IMG/VR virus record: IMGVR_UViG_3300044216_001436
Coordinates: 1-24,184 of that record
From: a virus
Taxonomy: Duplodnaviria > Caudoviricetes
Reading direction: 5' to 3' (one strand)
DNA length: 24,184 bases
Positions 1 to 8,285 of this stretch are shown here, in pieces; the stretch's first letter is position 1, and each line of letters begins with the position of its first letter. Position numbers and translations under genes: made by a program. The notes under the pieces were generated by a model. It saw only the letters and a program-made list of their open reading frames with translations. It was not told the DNA's origin and searched no databases.

Positions 1-230
1 CCACCACCTATTCTTAAAGCAAATATAATTTGTCTTGTAGATACATTGCCAAATCCATTTCCATTAACAGATAAAAAAGTACAATCACTATCATTACCAA
101 GATTACCAGCACCAAATATTGTGCTATCGGCACTTGCCTGTTCATCTGAAAATTTACACCAAACAGAAATAGTACCCTTATTTCTATTTCCATTTCCACT
201 ATATGTTTTTGTTAAATATGTACTAGCCAT
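1..230 (-). CDS. Concanavalin A/LamG-like tail-associated protein (5' part; runs off the window)
   Basis: Not in the ORF track. ATG at 228-230 overlaps the tail-fibre stop (TAATG). Translates to MASTYLTKTYSGNGNRNKGTISVWCKFSD... and stays open to position 1. The TISVWxK strand is typical of LamG-like domains in marine phage tail proteins. Confidence 0.7.
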   Translation of the reverse strand, partial: MASTYLTKTYSGNGNRNKGTISVWCKFSDEQASADSTIFGAGNLGNDSDCTFLSVNGNGFGNVSTRQIIFALRIGG

Positions 231-2845
231 TAGTTAAATTGCGCTCCTCCCGTAGCTCCAAAGCTAGAAGTAAAACTAAAAGCTCTGTCTGCTGTTTGAC
301 CCTCTTGGTCTGTTATTCTAATTGTAAAATTATATTGAGTTGCTGTTGTACTACTACCACCAAAATCAGTTGTTGCCAATACTCCAGCTGAGGAAAGTGT
401 AACATTTGCTCCAGATAAATTTGATCCTACCTCTGAAAAAGTTACCGCACTATCTGATGAACCTGTAATTGTTGCAATTGTGCCTGAGAAATTTCCTGCA
501 AATGTTCCGAGTGAACCTGCGTTTGTAGAAAATGTAGGTGCTGTAGATGCAGTAATAATATTGTTTGTACTTCTACCTGCGTTACCATCTGGATTTTCTA
601 TTCTTACATAGTAGTTACCTGATGCTAAAGTTACATTAACTGAAAGTGTTGTAGCGTTTGTAAATGAAACTGTGTTTGCTCTTGTTACTGCACCAGTAGA
701 AGCATTAACAAAATCTACTTGTGGTATTGATACAAAATTTGTTCCAGTAATATTTATTGTTGTAGCTGTTGCAGGTGCAATAGTTTGAGAAACATTGGCT
801 ACTGTTGGTTTTGTTTCTTGTGCATCTACCCAAGATAATTGATTTGTGCTTGAACCATTACTAGCCAATACTTGACCATTTGAACCTGTATTTTGAGGTA
901 ATATTAAAGTGTAACTTTGACCTGCTGAATGAGGTGGTGCTTTTATTTTTACACCATGAGTATTAACATGACAGTTTAACTGTATAGCACCATCTACACT
1001 TGAACCATCACCTTTTACAATTAATGTTGGTGAAGGCAATCTATCATTATCTATTGTTCCTGATGTAATATTCGATGCACTAAAATTTGCTAAACTAAAA
1101 GTACCAAAACTTGTTACTGACAGAACATCATTTGCTGCTGCTGCTTGAGCCAATACAATTGAAGTTCCGTTACTAGCTGTAAAATCTGCAGGTAATAATT
1201 TAACACCATTTAAATAAATATCTGCAAACGCAGTTCCTCCAGCAACATCGTAAGTTAATGATGTTCCTGCATCATCTGTTGTAAAAGTTGTTTGACCAGC
1301 TGTTGCAGTAAATTGAAATCTTTGTGAGGTTCCGTTTACACTAGAACCTGCAAGCGCGTATGACGAACCATCAAATACTTTTAATTTATTTGCTGTCGTA
1401 TCAAAAACTAAATCTCCTAAATCGTTTGAACTACTAGGGACCCCAGCTTGTACTCTGTATCTTGCAGCAAAACTATTAACGCCAGTTATATTTGTAGCAA
1501 CTGTATTTATATTAGAAGCGTTACTGGCTAAAGTAGATAAACCACTTAGTCCTGCAAGTGTATTAATATTTGAGCTGTTTGAGTTTACTGCATTAATATT
1601 ACTAGAATTTGAATTAACTGCAGATACAGCAGCCGAAATATTATTAACACCAGTTATTGCTGCGCTTATATTATTTAAATTTGTTAATTCTGTACTTTGT
1701 CCAGCAAGTGTTGAAATTTGTGTATTTAATCCTGCAACAGTTCCAATATTATTTGAACCGGATAAATCTGAAGCAACTGTATTTACATTCGCTTGATCTG
1801 CAGTTGATAATTGTATTTGTCTCCATTGTGTATTACCAAGATCATAAACCTTCATGACATTGTTAGTAGTGTCAAAATATAATGCACCATCTGTTAATGC
1901 GTTTCCGTCATTATCAACAGAAGGATTAGAAGATTTTGCACCTAAAAATCTATCATCAAAATTATCTAAAGCTGCTTCTGCAGCTGCTTGTGCAGTTTGA
2001 GCTGCATTACGAGCTGTCTCTGATGCAGTTTGTGCAGTTTCACTTGCTTGTCTTGAAGTTTCTGAAGCTGTCGCAGAATTAGCTGCGTTTGTTTCGGAAG
2101 TTGCAGCTGCGGTTGCAGAATTAGCAGCATTTTGTTCTGAGGTAGCTGCTGCTGCAGCACTTACGCCAGTTGATGCAACGTCTATAAGTAAATCGTATTT
2201 TGCAGAATTTGCATTAGTTGTTAAGGGTTGTGAACCAGACGATGTATGAGCCTGGTTAACCATAAAGATGTTAGAAGTAGATGTATCTTTGATAATATCT
2301 CTAACATTGTAAGCGGTTCCTGCCGCCCAGTTTCCCTTGTTTTCACCAATTGTAGATGTAACAGATAATTCACCAGAACTATCAAAACCTAAAACTTTAT
2401 TTGCTCTTTCTGTTGGACCAACAGTAAATTCTGTGTTGGTCATTGTATTTGTTCTTGATAATTTTAAAGAACGATCAACTTCTTCTTGTAATTCTTGTGC
2501 AATGATAACTGAACGGTCTAGTCCCTCTTCGTGCGTTTCTGCTGGAAAAGGGTCGTTACTTATATAATCTATACTTTGTATTTGGTCTGTATCACGCAGC
2601 AACACAACCGTTTCTGTAGAAGTAGGTATGTTGCCTGCAGTAAAGGTTATTGAACCTCCTGATGCATTACCAACATTAGCAATCGTATAATGAGTTGTTA
2701 ATGTTTTTGTAACTTCAACACCAGAGGCATTTCTAATAATAACCTTTAAATCTGCAGACGATAATACTTTAAACGTATAGTTAAAAGTTGATGTACTATT
2801 GTCGCCAGAATAGGAATTCTTGACAATAGTCGTAGAGATAGTCAT
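230..2845 (-). CDS. Tail fibre protein (T7 gp17-like N-terminal anchor, CBM-like motif, Ala/Ser/Thr coiled coil, C-terminal Ig/IPT-like domains)
   Basis: 871 aa. N-terminus YSGDNSTSTFNYTF...FPAETHEEGLDR resembles the gp17-type anchor; WAAGTAYNVRDII motif; AAATSE and NINxVA repeats; C-terminal ITGTNF...VRIENPDG Ig-like fold. Confidence 0.88.
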   Translation of the reverse strand: MTISTTIVKNSYSGDNSTSTFNYTFKVLSSADLKVIIRNASGVEVTKTLTTHYTIANVGNASGGSITFTAGNIPTSTETVVLLRDTDQIQSIDYISNDPFPAETHEEGLDRSVIIAQELQEEVDRSLKLSRTNTMTNTEFTVGPTERANKVLGFDSSGELSVTSTIGENKGNWAAGTAYNVRDIIKDTSTSNIFMVNQAHTSSGSQPLTTNANSAKYDLLIDVASTGVSAAAAATSEQNAANSATAAATSETNAANSATASETSRQASETAQTASETARNAAQTAQAAAEAALDNFDDRFLGAKSSNPSVDNDGNALTDGALYFDTTNNVMKVYDLGNTQWRQIQLSTADQANVNTVASDLSGSNNIGTVAGLNTQISTLAGQSTELTNLNNISAAITGVNNISAAVSAVNSNSSNINAVNSNSSNINTLAGLSGLSTLASNASNINTVATNITGVNSFAARYRVQAGVPSSSNDLGDLVFDTTANKLKVFDGSSYALAGSSVNGTSQRFQFTATAGQTTFTTDDAGTSLTYDVAGGTAFADIYLNGVKLLPADFTASNGTSIVLAQAAAANDVLSVTSFGTFSLANFSASNITSGTIDNDRLPSPTLIVKGDGSSVDGAIQLNCHVNTHGVKIKAPPHSAGQSYTLILPQNTGSNGQVLASNGSSTNQLSWVDAQETKPTVANVSQTIAPATATTINITGTNFVSIPQVDFVNASTGAVTRANTVSFTNATTLSVNVTLASGNYYVRIENPDGNAGRSTNNIITASTAPTFSTNAGSLGTFAGNFSGTIATITGSSDSAVTFSEVGSNLSGANVTLSSAGVLATTDFGGSSTTATQYNFTIRITDQEGQTADRAFSFTSSFGATGGAQFN

Positions 2846-2848
2846 TGT

Positions 2849-2959
2849 TTATTTTTTTCTTTTTCTTAACTTCCTAAAATCAGCTGCATCAATCTTTTTT
2901 TTATTACCAGCTAATCTTGCTATTTTTTTTTGTTTGGCTGAAAGTTTTTTATTACGCAT
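2849..2959 (-). CDS. Small basic protein, 36 aa (MRNKKLSAKQKKIARLAGNKKKIDAADFRKLRKRKK)
   Basis: Translated by hand. The start overlaps the upstream stop (TAATG at 2957-2961); the stop lies 3 nt before the SD-less tail-fibre ATG; 17 K/R. Confidence 0.75.
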   Translation of the reverse strand: MRNKKLSAKQKKIARLAGNKKKIDAADFRKLRKRKK

Positions 2960-3045
2960 TATTTTTTCTTCTTTCCTTTTTTAACTTTCTTAGCTTTTTT
3001 CATTTTAGGCATCATTTTGCCTTTTTTTCCATAATGTCCTGGCAT
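2959..3045 (-). CDS. Lys-rich micro-protein, 28 aa (MPGHYGKKGKMMPKMKKAKKVKKGKKKK)
   Basis: Translated by hand. TAATG stop/start overlaps at both ends; GAGGAGG in the last codons of the upstream gene can act as an SD; 14 of 28 residues are Lys. Confidence 0.75.
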   Translation of the reverse strand: MPGHYGKKGKMMPKMKKAKKVKKGKKKK

Positions 3046-3236
3046 TATTCGTCCTCCTCGTTGTCTTTATCTTCATCTTCATTGTCATTGTCATCATCTT
3101 CCCAAGAAGTATCATCTTCAAATTCAATAGATAAATCTTCCATTGTATGACCATCGTCATCTTTGATTACAATTTTATTTTCTTCGATAATTTCTTTAAT
3201 AGATTGCTCAACTATCTCTTTAATTGATTGTGGCAT
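3045..3236 (-). CDS. Highly acidic small protein, 63 aa
   Basis: SD CAGGAG upstream; 28 D/E against 5 K; tandem QSIKEI(V/I)E repeat at the N-terminus. Confidence 0.8.
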   Translation of the reverse strand: MPQSIKEIVEQSIKEIIEENKIVIKDDDGHTMEDLSIEFEDDTSWEDDDNDNEDEDKDNEEDE

Positions 3237-3267
3237 TTTTTTTTCTCCTGTAATGTTTGTGATTTTT

Positions 3268-3298
3268 AAAAAAGAACTCGATATTTTTATTCGAGGTT
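3268..3298 (-). terminator. Possible weak intrinsic terminator after the ejection-protein operon
   Basis: Minus strand CTCGA-ATAAAAATA-TCGAG followed by TTCTTTTTT; the stem is weak. Confidence 0.35.
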
Positions 3299-3335
3299 AT
3301 CTTTTTCTATGCCAAAAATTGTCAATATTGGCAAG
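3292..3335 (-). promoter_or_regulatory. Putative late promoter, copy A (CTTGCCAA-TA-TTGACA-N20-TAACCTCG)
   Basis: TTGACA at 3325-3320, TAACCT at 3299-3294, 20-nt spacer; same architecture as 21503-21546. Confidence 0.6.
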
Positions 3336-3348
3336 AATAAATTTTAAA

Positions 3349-5862
3349 TTAATTTGGTGAAATATCTCCTGGTTTCCACCAATACTCTTGTTGAGTGTCC
3401 CTTAAATAACTATTAATTAATCTGTTTCTTCTTCGTTGTACGTCAGGGTCAATTAAATTTGCAACTCTATCTGCTATAAGTCTTTCAAAGGCTAATCTTA
3501 AATACCATATAGAACTACCAGGCGTGTACTGTTTTAACATTCTAATTATTTGATTTCCTGGGTCTAATTTATCACCTCTTATTGCTTTCATTAGTTGTCC
3601 TGGTCCTAATTTATATAAATTTTCTACTAATCCTGCTACTGGTCCCATGGCAGTAGAAGTCATTGAACCACCAAACCTATTATGATCTGCAAGGAAAAAA
3701 TCACCAAAAATACCTAGTCCACCACCTGTCATAAGCATTCTAGTAAAATATTCTCCTGGATTATTTTTTATATAATCACGAGAAGTTGGCTCTCTTCCTT
3801 TTGTTAATTCTCTTAACTCAAATGCTAGTGAACCCATAATCGCAGAAGAAATAATTAAGTCTGCAAAGTAACCAGCTTTTGCTTTTCCTTGTAACCTCAT
3901 TGCTCTATTTAAATGTGTAAACACAAGTGTAAATGCAAATGATTTAAACATTAAACCAGATAATGCTGCTTCTCCAATAATCGTACCAGGTTTTGCTCTT
4001 GCTAAAGCTAAAGCTTTAAATTTTGCGCTTGTTGAAGGTACTGCAAATTCAGTTTCACTTGATATAAGATCAAACATTTTTGTTGCCAAATTTTCTGCTT
4101 CATCTGCAGTAATATCTGTTCTTGCTCTTATATCGTCTGGTCTTAAAAATGTAATATCTTGACCTGCAACTTTAGGGTCATCAATACCTGCATCGTATAA
4201 TTTTGTTTTTCTAATTACGTTCCAACTATCGCTATCAATACCATAACGTTGAAACATACGTTTTGTACCAGGTAATAATTCATCAAATGTTTTATTTACA
4301 TTGTCTGAGAAAAAACCCATCAACTCCATACCAAAACCCCAACGACCGCCTTGTGTTAAGTCTGTCAAACCAGAAAGTTTTAAAGTTGCATCTGCAAATC
4401 TTCTAGTTATCTCAGGAGCTTTTGTATCTAAAGTATATCTTTGTGAAACATGTGCAACAGTTGCAAAACTTTCTGCAATCAAACCACTTCTTAAAGCAAC
4501 TTTACTCATTGTCTTATCTTTTTTTATTGCTTCACCTAAAATTTTTGTGGCTCTTTGTGCTTGTCCAAATGCGCCTATGTCATTGAATTGTGCTGTAATT
4601 CTTCCAAAGTTAAAATCTCCAACAGCAAGGATTGATGCTGAACCTAAAACAGAAGAAGTTATAATTTGTCTTATACCAGCCATAGTTCTTGCAAATGGTA
4701 TATTAGCAGGAATAGTTAATTGACCTTTAAAAAAAGCAAAATAATTATCTAATCTATCTCTAAAATTTGCAATTCTATTTTCTTCTGATTGTCTAAAAAT
4801 ACCTTTTCTTTTTAAATTTCTATTTTCAACACCAGATATTCTTAATTTATCTTTTATGTATCTATGGGTAAACTCAGGATTTGGTCCTAATCTTTTTAAC
4901 ATTGCTGTATCACGAGCCATTGATTTTATATGACCCATCATAATGCTAAATATATCACCTTCACCAAAACGTTCAGCGTATTGCAGCCAACTATCTGCGT
5001 CTTTAAAAATTAAAAATCTATGATCTAATCTTTTGTTTGATAAACTTGTGCCTTTTATTGAACCAGGTTTTAGTTTTTTAACACCCAACTCTGAAATATC
5101 TTGATAAACTTTAGCTAATACTAATCTTAAACTTTCTTCTGTAAACGGAAGACCAGTTGAATTGTCAATCATTCTTCCAATATTTAATTTTGGTATTACA
5201 AATTCTATCCACTCATTTACATCAGCTTTTCTTACTTTTATAAAGTCATGCAACATTGGAATTCCCCAATCTTTTAATTTAGGAATACGTCCACCATATT
5301 TATTAAATCGTAACCTCATTCTCTCAGCAGCAAGGGTCCATGACTTTGCAAATTCGTTAGCACTTTCATTTGCAGACTTACCATTAAATAAAGCTCTAAC
5401 AACGTCCATCATCGTAGCTTTCTTTTTTTTATTAATGTAGCCACCAATAGACGGTCTAAGTTCTGCCATTAGCTCATCTAAATATTTTGTAGCAAGAGCT
5501 TCTTCTTGATAGATTAAAGTTTCTAGTGATGCATAAGTTGCGTTTTCACTTCTAACATAAATAGCTTCAGCTGCTTCAAATGTATCTGCTTCACCTTTTG
5601 GGTTTCTGTAAGTTTCTAATTCTAAATCAATTCTTTTAAGATTTTGAAATTTAAGTCTATTGACATATTTTTTGTGTGCTGCATCAAACTTTAATTTATT
5701 GTATGCATCTTTTGCAGCTTTACGACTTGCTTCAGTTGGAGTTAATCCTTCACCAATATATCTTCGTTCTAAATTTTCTATAAGTTCTAGTTGTTCTTTT
5801 TGATTTGTTTCTGAAATTTTACCTTCATCAAATGCATTATTAACACAATTTTTATAACTCAT
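3349..5862 (-). CDS. Internal virion (ejection) protein, gp16-like C-terminal type
   Basis: About 837 aa. Start moved to ATG 5862 (ATGA overlap with the upstream stop, AAGGA upstream). C-terminal Gly/hydrophobic segments (GGGLGIFGDF, PGSSIWYLR); last gene of the ejection cluster. Confidence 0.75.
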   Translation of the reverse strand: MSYKNCVNNAFDEGKISETNQKEQLELIENLERRYIGEGLTPTEASRKAAKDAYNKLKFDAAHKKYVNRLKFQNLKRIDLELETYRNPKGEADTFEAAEAIYVRSENATYASLETLIYQEEALATKYLDELMAELRPSIGGYINKKKKATMMDVVRALFNGKSANESANEFAKSWTLAAERMRLRFNKYGGRIPKLKDWGIPMLHDFIKVRKADVNEWIEFVIPKLNIGRMIDNSTGLPFTEESLRLVLAKVYQDISELGVKKLKPGSIKGTSLSNKRLDHRFLIFKDADSWLQYAERFGEGDIFSIMMGHIKSMARDTAMLKRLGPNPEFTHRYIKDKLRISGVENRNLKRKGIFRQSEENRIANFRDRLDNYFAFFKGQLTIPANIPFARTMAGIRQIITSSVLGSASILAVGDFNFGRITAQFNDIGAFGQAQRATKILGEAIKKDKTMSKVALRSGLIAESFATVAHVSQRYTLDTKAPEITRRFADATLKLSGLTDLTQGGRWGFGMELMGFFSDNVNKTFDELLPGTKRMFQRYGIDSDSWNVIRKTKLYDAGIDDPKVAGQDITFLRPDDIRARTDITADEAENLATKMFDLISSETEFAVPSTSAKFKALALARAKPGTIIGEAALSGLMFKSFAFTLVFTHLNRAMRLQGKAKAGYFADLIISSAIMGSLAFELRELTKGREPTSRDYIKNNPGEYFTRMLMTGGGLGIFGDFFLADHNRFGGSMTSTAMGPVAGLVENLYKLGPGQLMKAIRGDKLDPGNQIIRMLKQYTPGSSIWYLRLAFERLIADRVANLIDPDVQRRRNRLINSYLRDTQQEYWWKPGDISPN

Positions 5863-8285
5863 TGACAATCCTTCAATCTTTCTAGTGTTTCATCTAATTG
5901 TTTTTCTTCATCTAACAAATCTTTTTTAGTTGTAGTTTCAATAATTTCTTCACCAGTATTTTCGTCTAATCTTATTCCTGTAGGAATTTCTGTATTGTCA
6001 GGCAAAGTATCTGTAATAGTTTGATCTATATTTTGTACTTCGTCTTCAAATATTTTTGTATCGTTGTGTGGGTCAACAAATTTTTGCGGAACGCTTATGT
6101 CTTCTGGTTCCGTTTGTTGTTTTGATACTGCTGGTGTCTCAATCGGAGCATCGTTAGATGCGATTGGTCTGCTAGAGCTAATCCCATCAAAATCGCCTCG
6201 TTGGTTTGCTCTTTCGATAGCTTCGAGGAAGAGTTTTTGTCCTTCTGATTTTTTTCCTTGTTTAAAGATTTTAGCTGCGTTGTTGAGGTCGTCTGAGAGA
6301 GTTCCGACCCTGTTTGCGATTGTGTTGATTTTGTCGATAATTTTACCACTTTCAATAACCTCCTTTTCATTTCTAGCTTTGTTTAAAACATTACCAGCTT
6401 TTTGTAGTGTTGTATCACCTTCTGATGCTGTTTTAAATATTGATTTTATTTTTTTTAAATTTCTCGATGCATAATCTAATAAAGATGCACGCTCTAAAAT
6501 TAATGCTTCTTCTAGCTCTTCTGTACCAAATAAACTGTCAGTTGTTGTTTTTACTGTAGGTAAATTATTAATTTGTTCTAAAGCTGATTGCATTTCACCT
6601 TTAGTATTAAATTTTCTTTGATACAAAGCACCCATAACATCTTTATGAATAGCTTTGTTTGTAATTACTTCACCAATCATAGCTGCAAGGTCTTCATCAA
6701 CTTTACCGGATAAATAAAAACCCCAGGCATCATCACTTAAATTTTTTAAGCCAACAGCATTTTGAAATAATTTTAATCTTGTTGGAATACTTTTTTTTAA
6801 ATTTTCTACATTTATATTAAAATTTTTTCTTAAAACTCTTGCTGCATCTGTTGCGGTTCCAGTATTATTTCTTAAATTTATCATTAAACCAGAAAGCAAA
6901 GCATCTTCTGGTGTATGACCATCTGCTTCTTTAAAAACGTGAGCTAATAATTTTGTTTTTTGACCTTGTTTTTTTAATCTTTTTGCAAGACCTAATCGTT
7001 GGTGTCCATCAACAATTGCTTTTCTTCCGTCTCTAAATTCAAAAACTAAAACTGTTCCTGCAGAGGGTTGGTCCCATTCTGTAACATTTTGTAATTTATC
7101 TGAAACACCTCTAACATCACCATCTGTTTTATATTGAAAAGTTTGCGCATCAAATTCTATTTCTTCTGGGTCAAATGTTTTTATAAAAATATTATCTGTT
7201 TTATATAATTCATCTGTTTTTATAGGATTTACAGGTTTTTCGTCTAAAATTTTTGGTGGTTGTTCATCAACAATTGATCTTGCTGCAGTATCAATTCTTT
7301 GTTCATGTTCTAATTTTGCAGCTTGTGTTTCTACTAACGGATTATCGTCTGTTAATACTTCTTTTGTATCTGCTTCTGGTATTTTTTCGTTTTTGTATTT
7401 AGGATTTGTATTTACTGCTTTGCTATAAATATCATTTATAGTTTTGTTTGGCAGTTGTTGTAATTTATTTTTTAAAAAATTATAACCTTGTGCTGATAGT
7501 TTAACACCTTTTATTGCACCCTTTCCTGCACCTAAAAATGCAGGTCCTAATAAAGCTCCACCAGCAAATGCGTAACCAACATTTTTTGCACCTGTAACAA
7601 AACCAGCATCGTCAAAGCCTAAATCTTTTCTGTATTTTTGAGATATAACTTGTACTCCAGTTTCACTAGCTGCTGCTAAAATACTTTCTATTTTACCGAT
7701 TTTCCATGCTGCACCTAAAAAAGTTTTAGGTGTTGAATACATAAATCCTATTGGAACAGTAGATAATACTAAAGGGTCAACCATAGCTCTACCAGCTATA
7801 CCTGCAAAACCTCCAAATTTACCTGCTCCTGTAGCTCTTTCGTTTATATCTTGAAATTCTTGCAAAGCATTTTTTGCATCAATAGATATTTTTTTTGCAA
7901 TTTGGTCTGGAGTTCTTAATGAGTTAGCATCTAAAATAGAACCAATCTCAGGATTTTCATTTGTTAATTTATCTATTTGTAAATGAAAATCTGATAATCT
8001 ATTTTTTTTACTTACAAATCCGTCAATGTTTGTTTCGGCAAATGTACTAATTGTATCTTCTTCTAAAGGATTTACAAAGTTTGTATGACCATTTTCTGCT
8101 AGCAAAGATACAACATCACCATAAGCATCATATAAATTTTGATTTTTTGCAGTTGATACTTCTGATTTTGACATAAAATTCCATGCTGCTTTTGCATTTT
8201 CTGTAAAAGATGTTCGTTCACCTTTTGCCCAGTTTTGCTCAGCAAGCGGATTTCTATTTTCGTTCTCGTCTAAAAAAATTGTCAT
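5859..8285 (-). CDS. Internal virion (ejection) protein with a ParB/Srx-like domain
   Basis: 808 aa in the ejection cluster; Gly/Ala-rich membrane-like N-terminal third; IVDGHQR ParB-type motif near 6996-7016. Confidence 0.72.
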   Translation of the reverse strand: MTIFLDENENRNPLAEQNWAKGERTSFTENAKAAWNFMSKSEVSTAKNQNLYDAYGDVVSLLAENGHTNFVNPLEEDTISTFAETNIDGFVSKKNRLSDFHLQIDKLTNENPEIGSILDANSLRTPDQIAKKISIDAKNALQEFQDINERATGAGKFGGFAGIAGRAMVDPLVLSTVPIGFMYSTPKTFLGAAWKIGKIESILAAASETGVQVISQKYRKDLGFDDAGFVTGAKNVGYAFAGGALLGPAFLGAGKGAIKGVKLSAQGYNFLKNKLQQLPNKTINDIYSKAVNTNPKYKNEKIPEADTKEVLTDDNPLVETQAAKLEHEQRIDTAARSIVDEQPPKILDEKPVNPIKTDELYKTDNIFIKTFDPEEIEFDAQTFQYKTDGDVRGVSDKLQNVTEWDQPSAGTVLVFEFRDGRKAIVDGHQRLGLAKRLKKQGQKTKLLAHVFKEADGHTPEDALLSGLMINLRNNTGTATDAARVLRKNFNINVENLKKSIPTRLKLFQNAVGLKNLSDDAWGFYLSGKVDEDLAAMIGEVITNKAIHKDVMGALYQRKFNTKGEMQSALEQINNLPTVKTTTDSLFGTEELEEALILERASLLDYASRNLKKIKSIFKTASEGDTTLQKAGNVLNKARNEKEVIESGKIIDKINTIANRVGTLSDDLNNAAKIFKQGKKSEGQKLFLEAIERANQRGDFDGISSSRPIASNDAPIETPAVSKQQTEPEDISVPQKFVDPHNDTKIFEDEVQNIDQTITDTLPDNTEIPTGIRLDENTGEEIIETTTKKDLLDEEKQLDETLERLKDCQ
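6095..6349 (-). CDS. Nested +1-frame gene, 84-aa Ser/Thr/Gln/Lys-rich protein
   Basis: Perfect SD AAGGAGGT (6365-6358), 8-nt spacer, GTG at 6349-6347, TAA at 6097-6095. Host-frame codons switch to C-ending over this interval. Confidence 0.6.
   Translation of the reverse strand: MVKLSTKSTQSQTGSELSQTTSTTQLKSLNKEKNQKDKNSSSKLSKEQTNEAILMGLALADQSHLTMLRLRHQQYQNNKRNQKT

Noticed and set aside
14-237. Track ORFs 14..199 (-) and 46..237 (+)
   Set aside because: Shadows of the LamG-like ORF that starts at 230.
1966-2160. L/Q-rich alternative-frame ORF in the tail fibre
   Set aside because: Explained by GCT/GCA Ala repeats read in the +1 frame.
6064-6474. 136-aa antisense ORF over the nested-gene region
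   Set aside because: No obvious SD or promoter; an in-register antisense shadow of the host gene.
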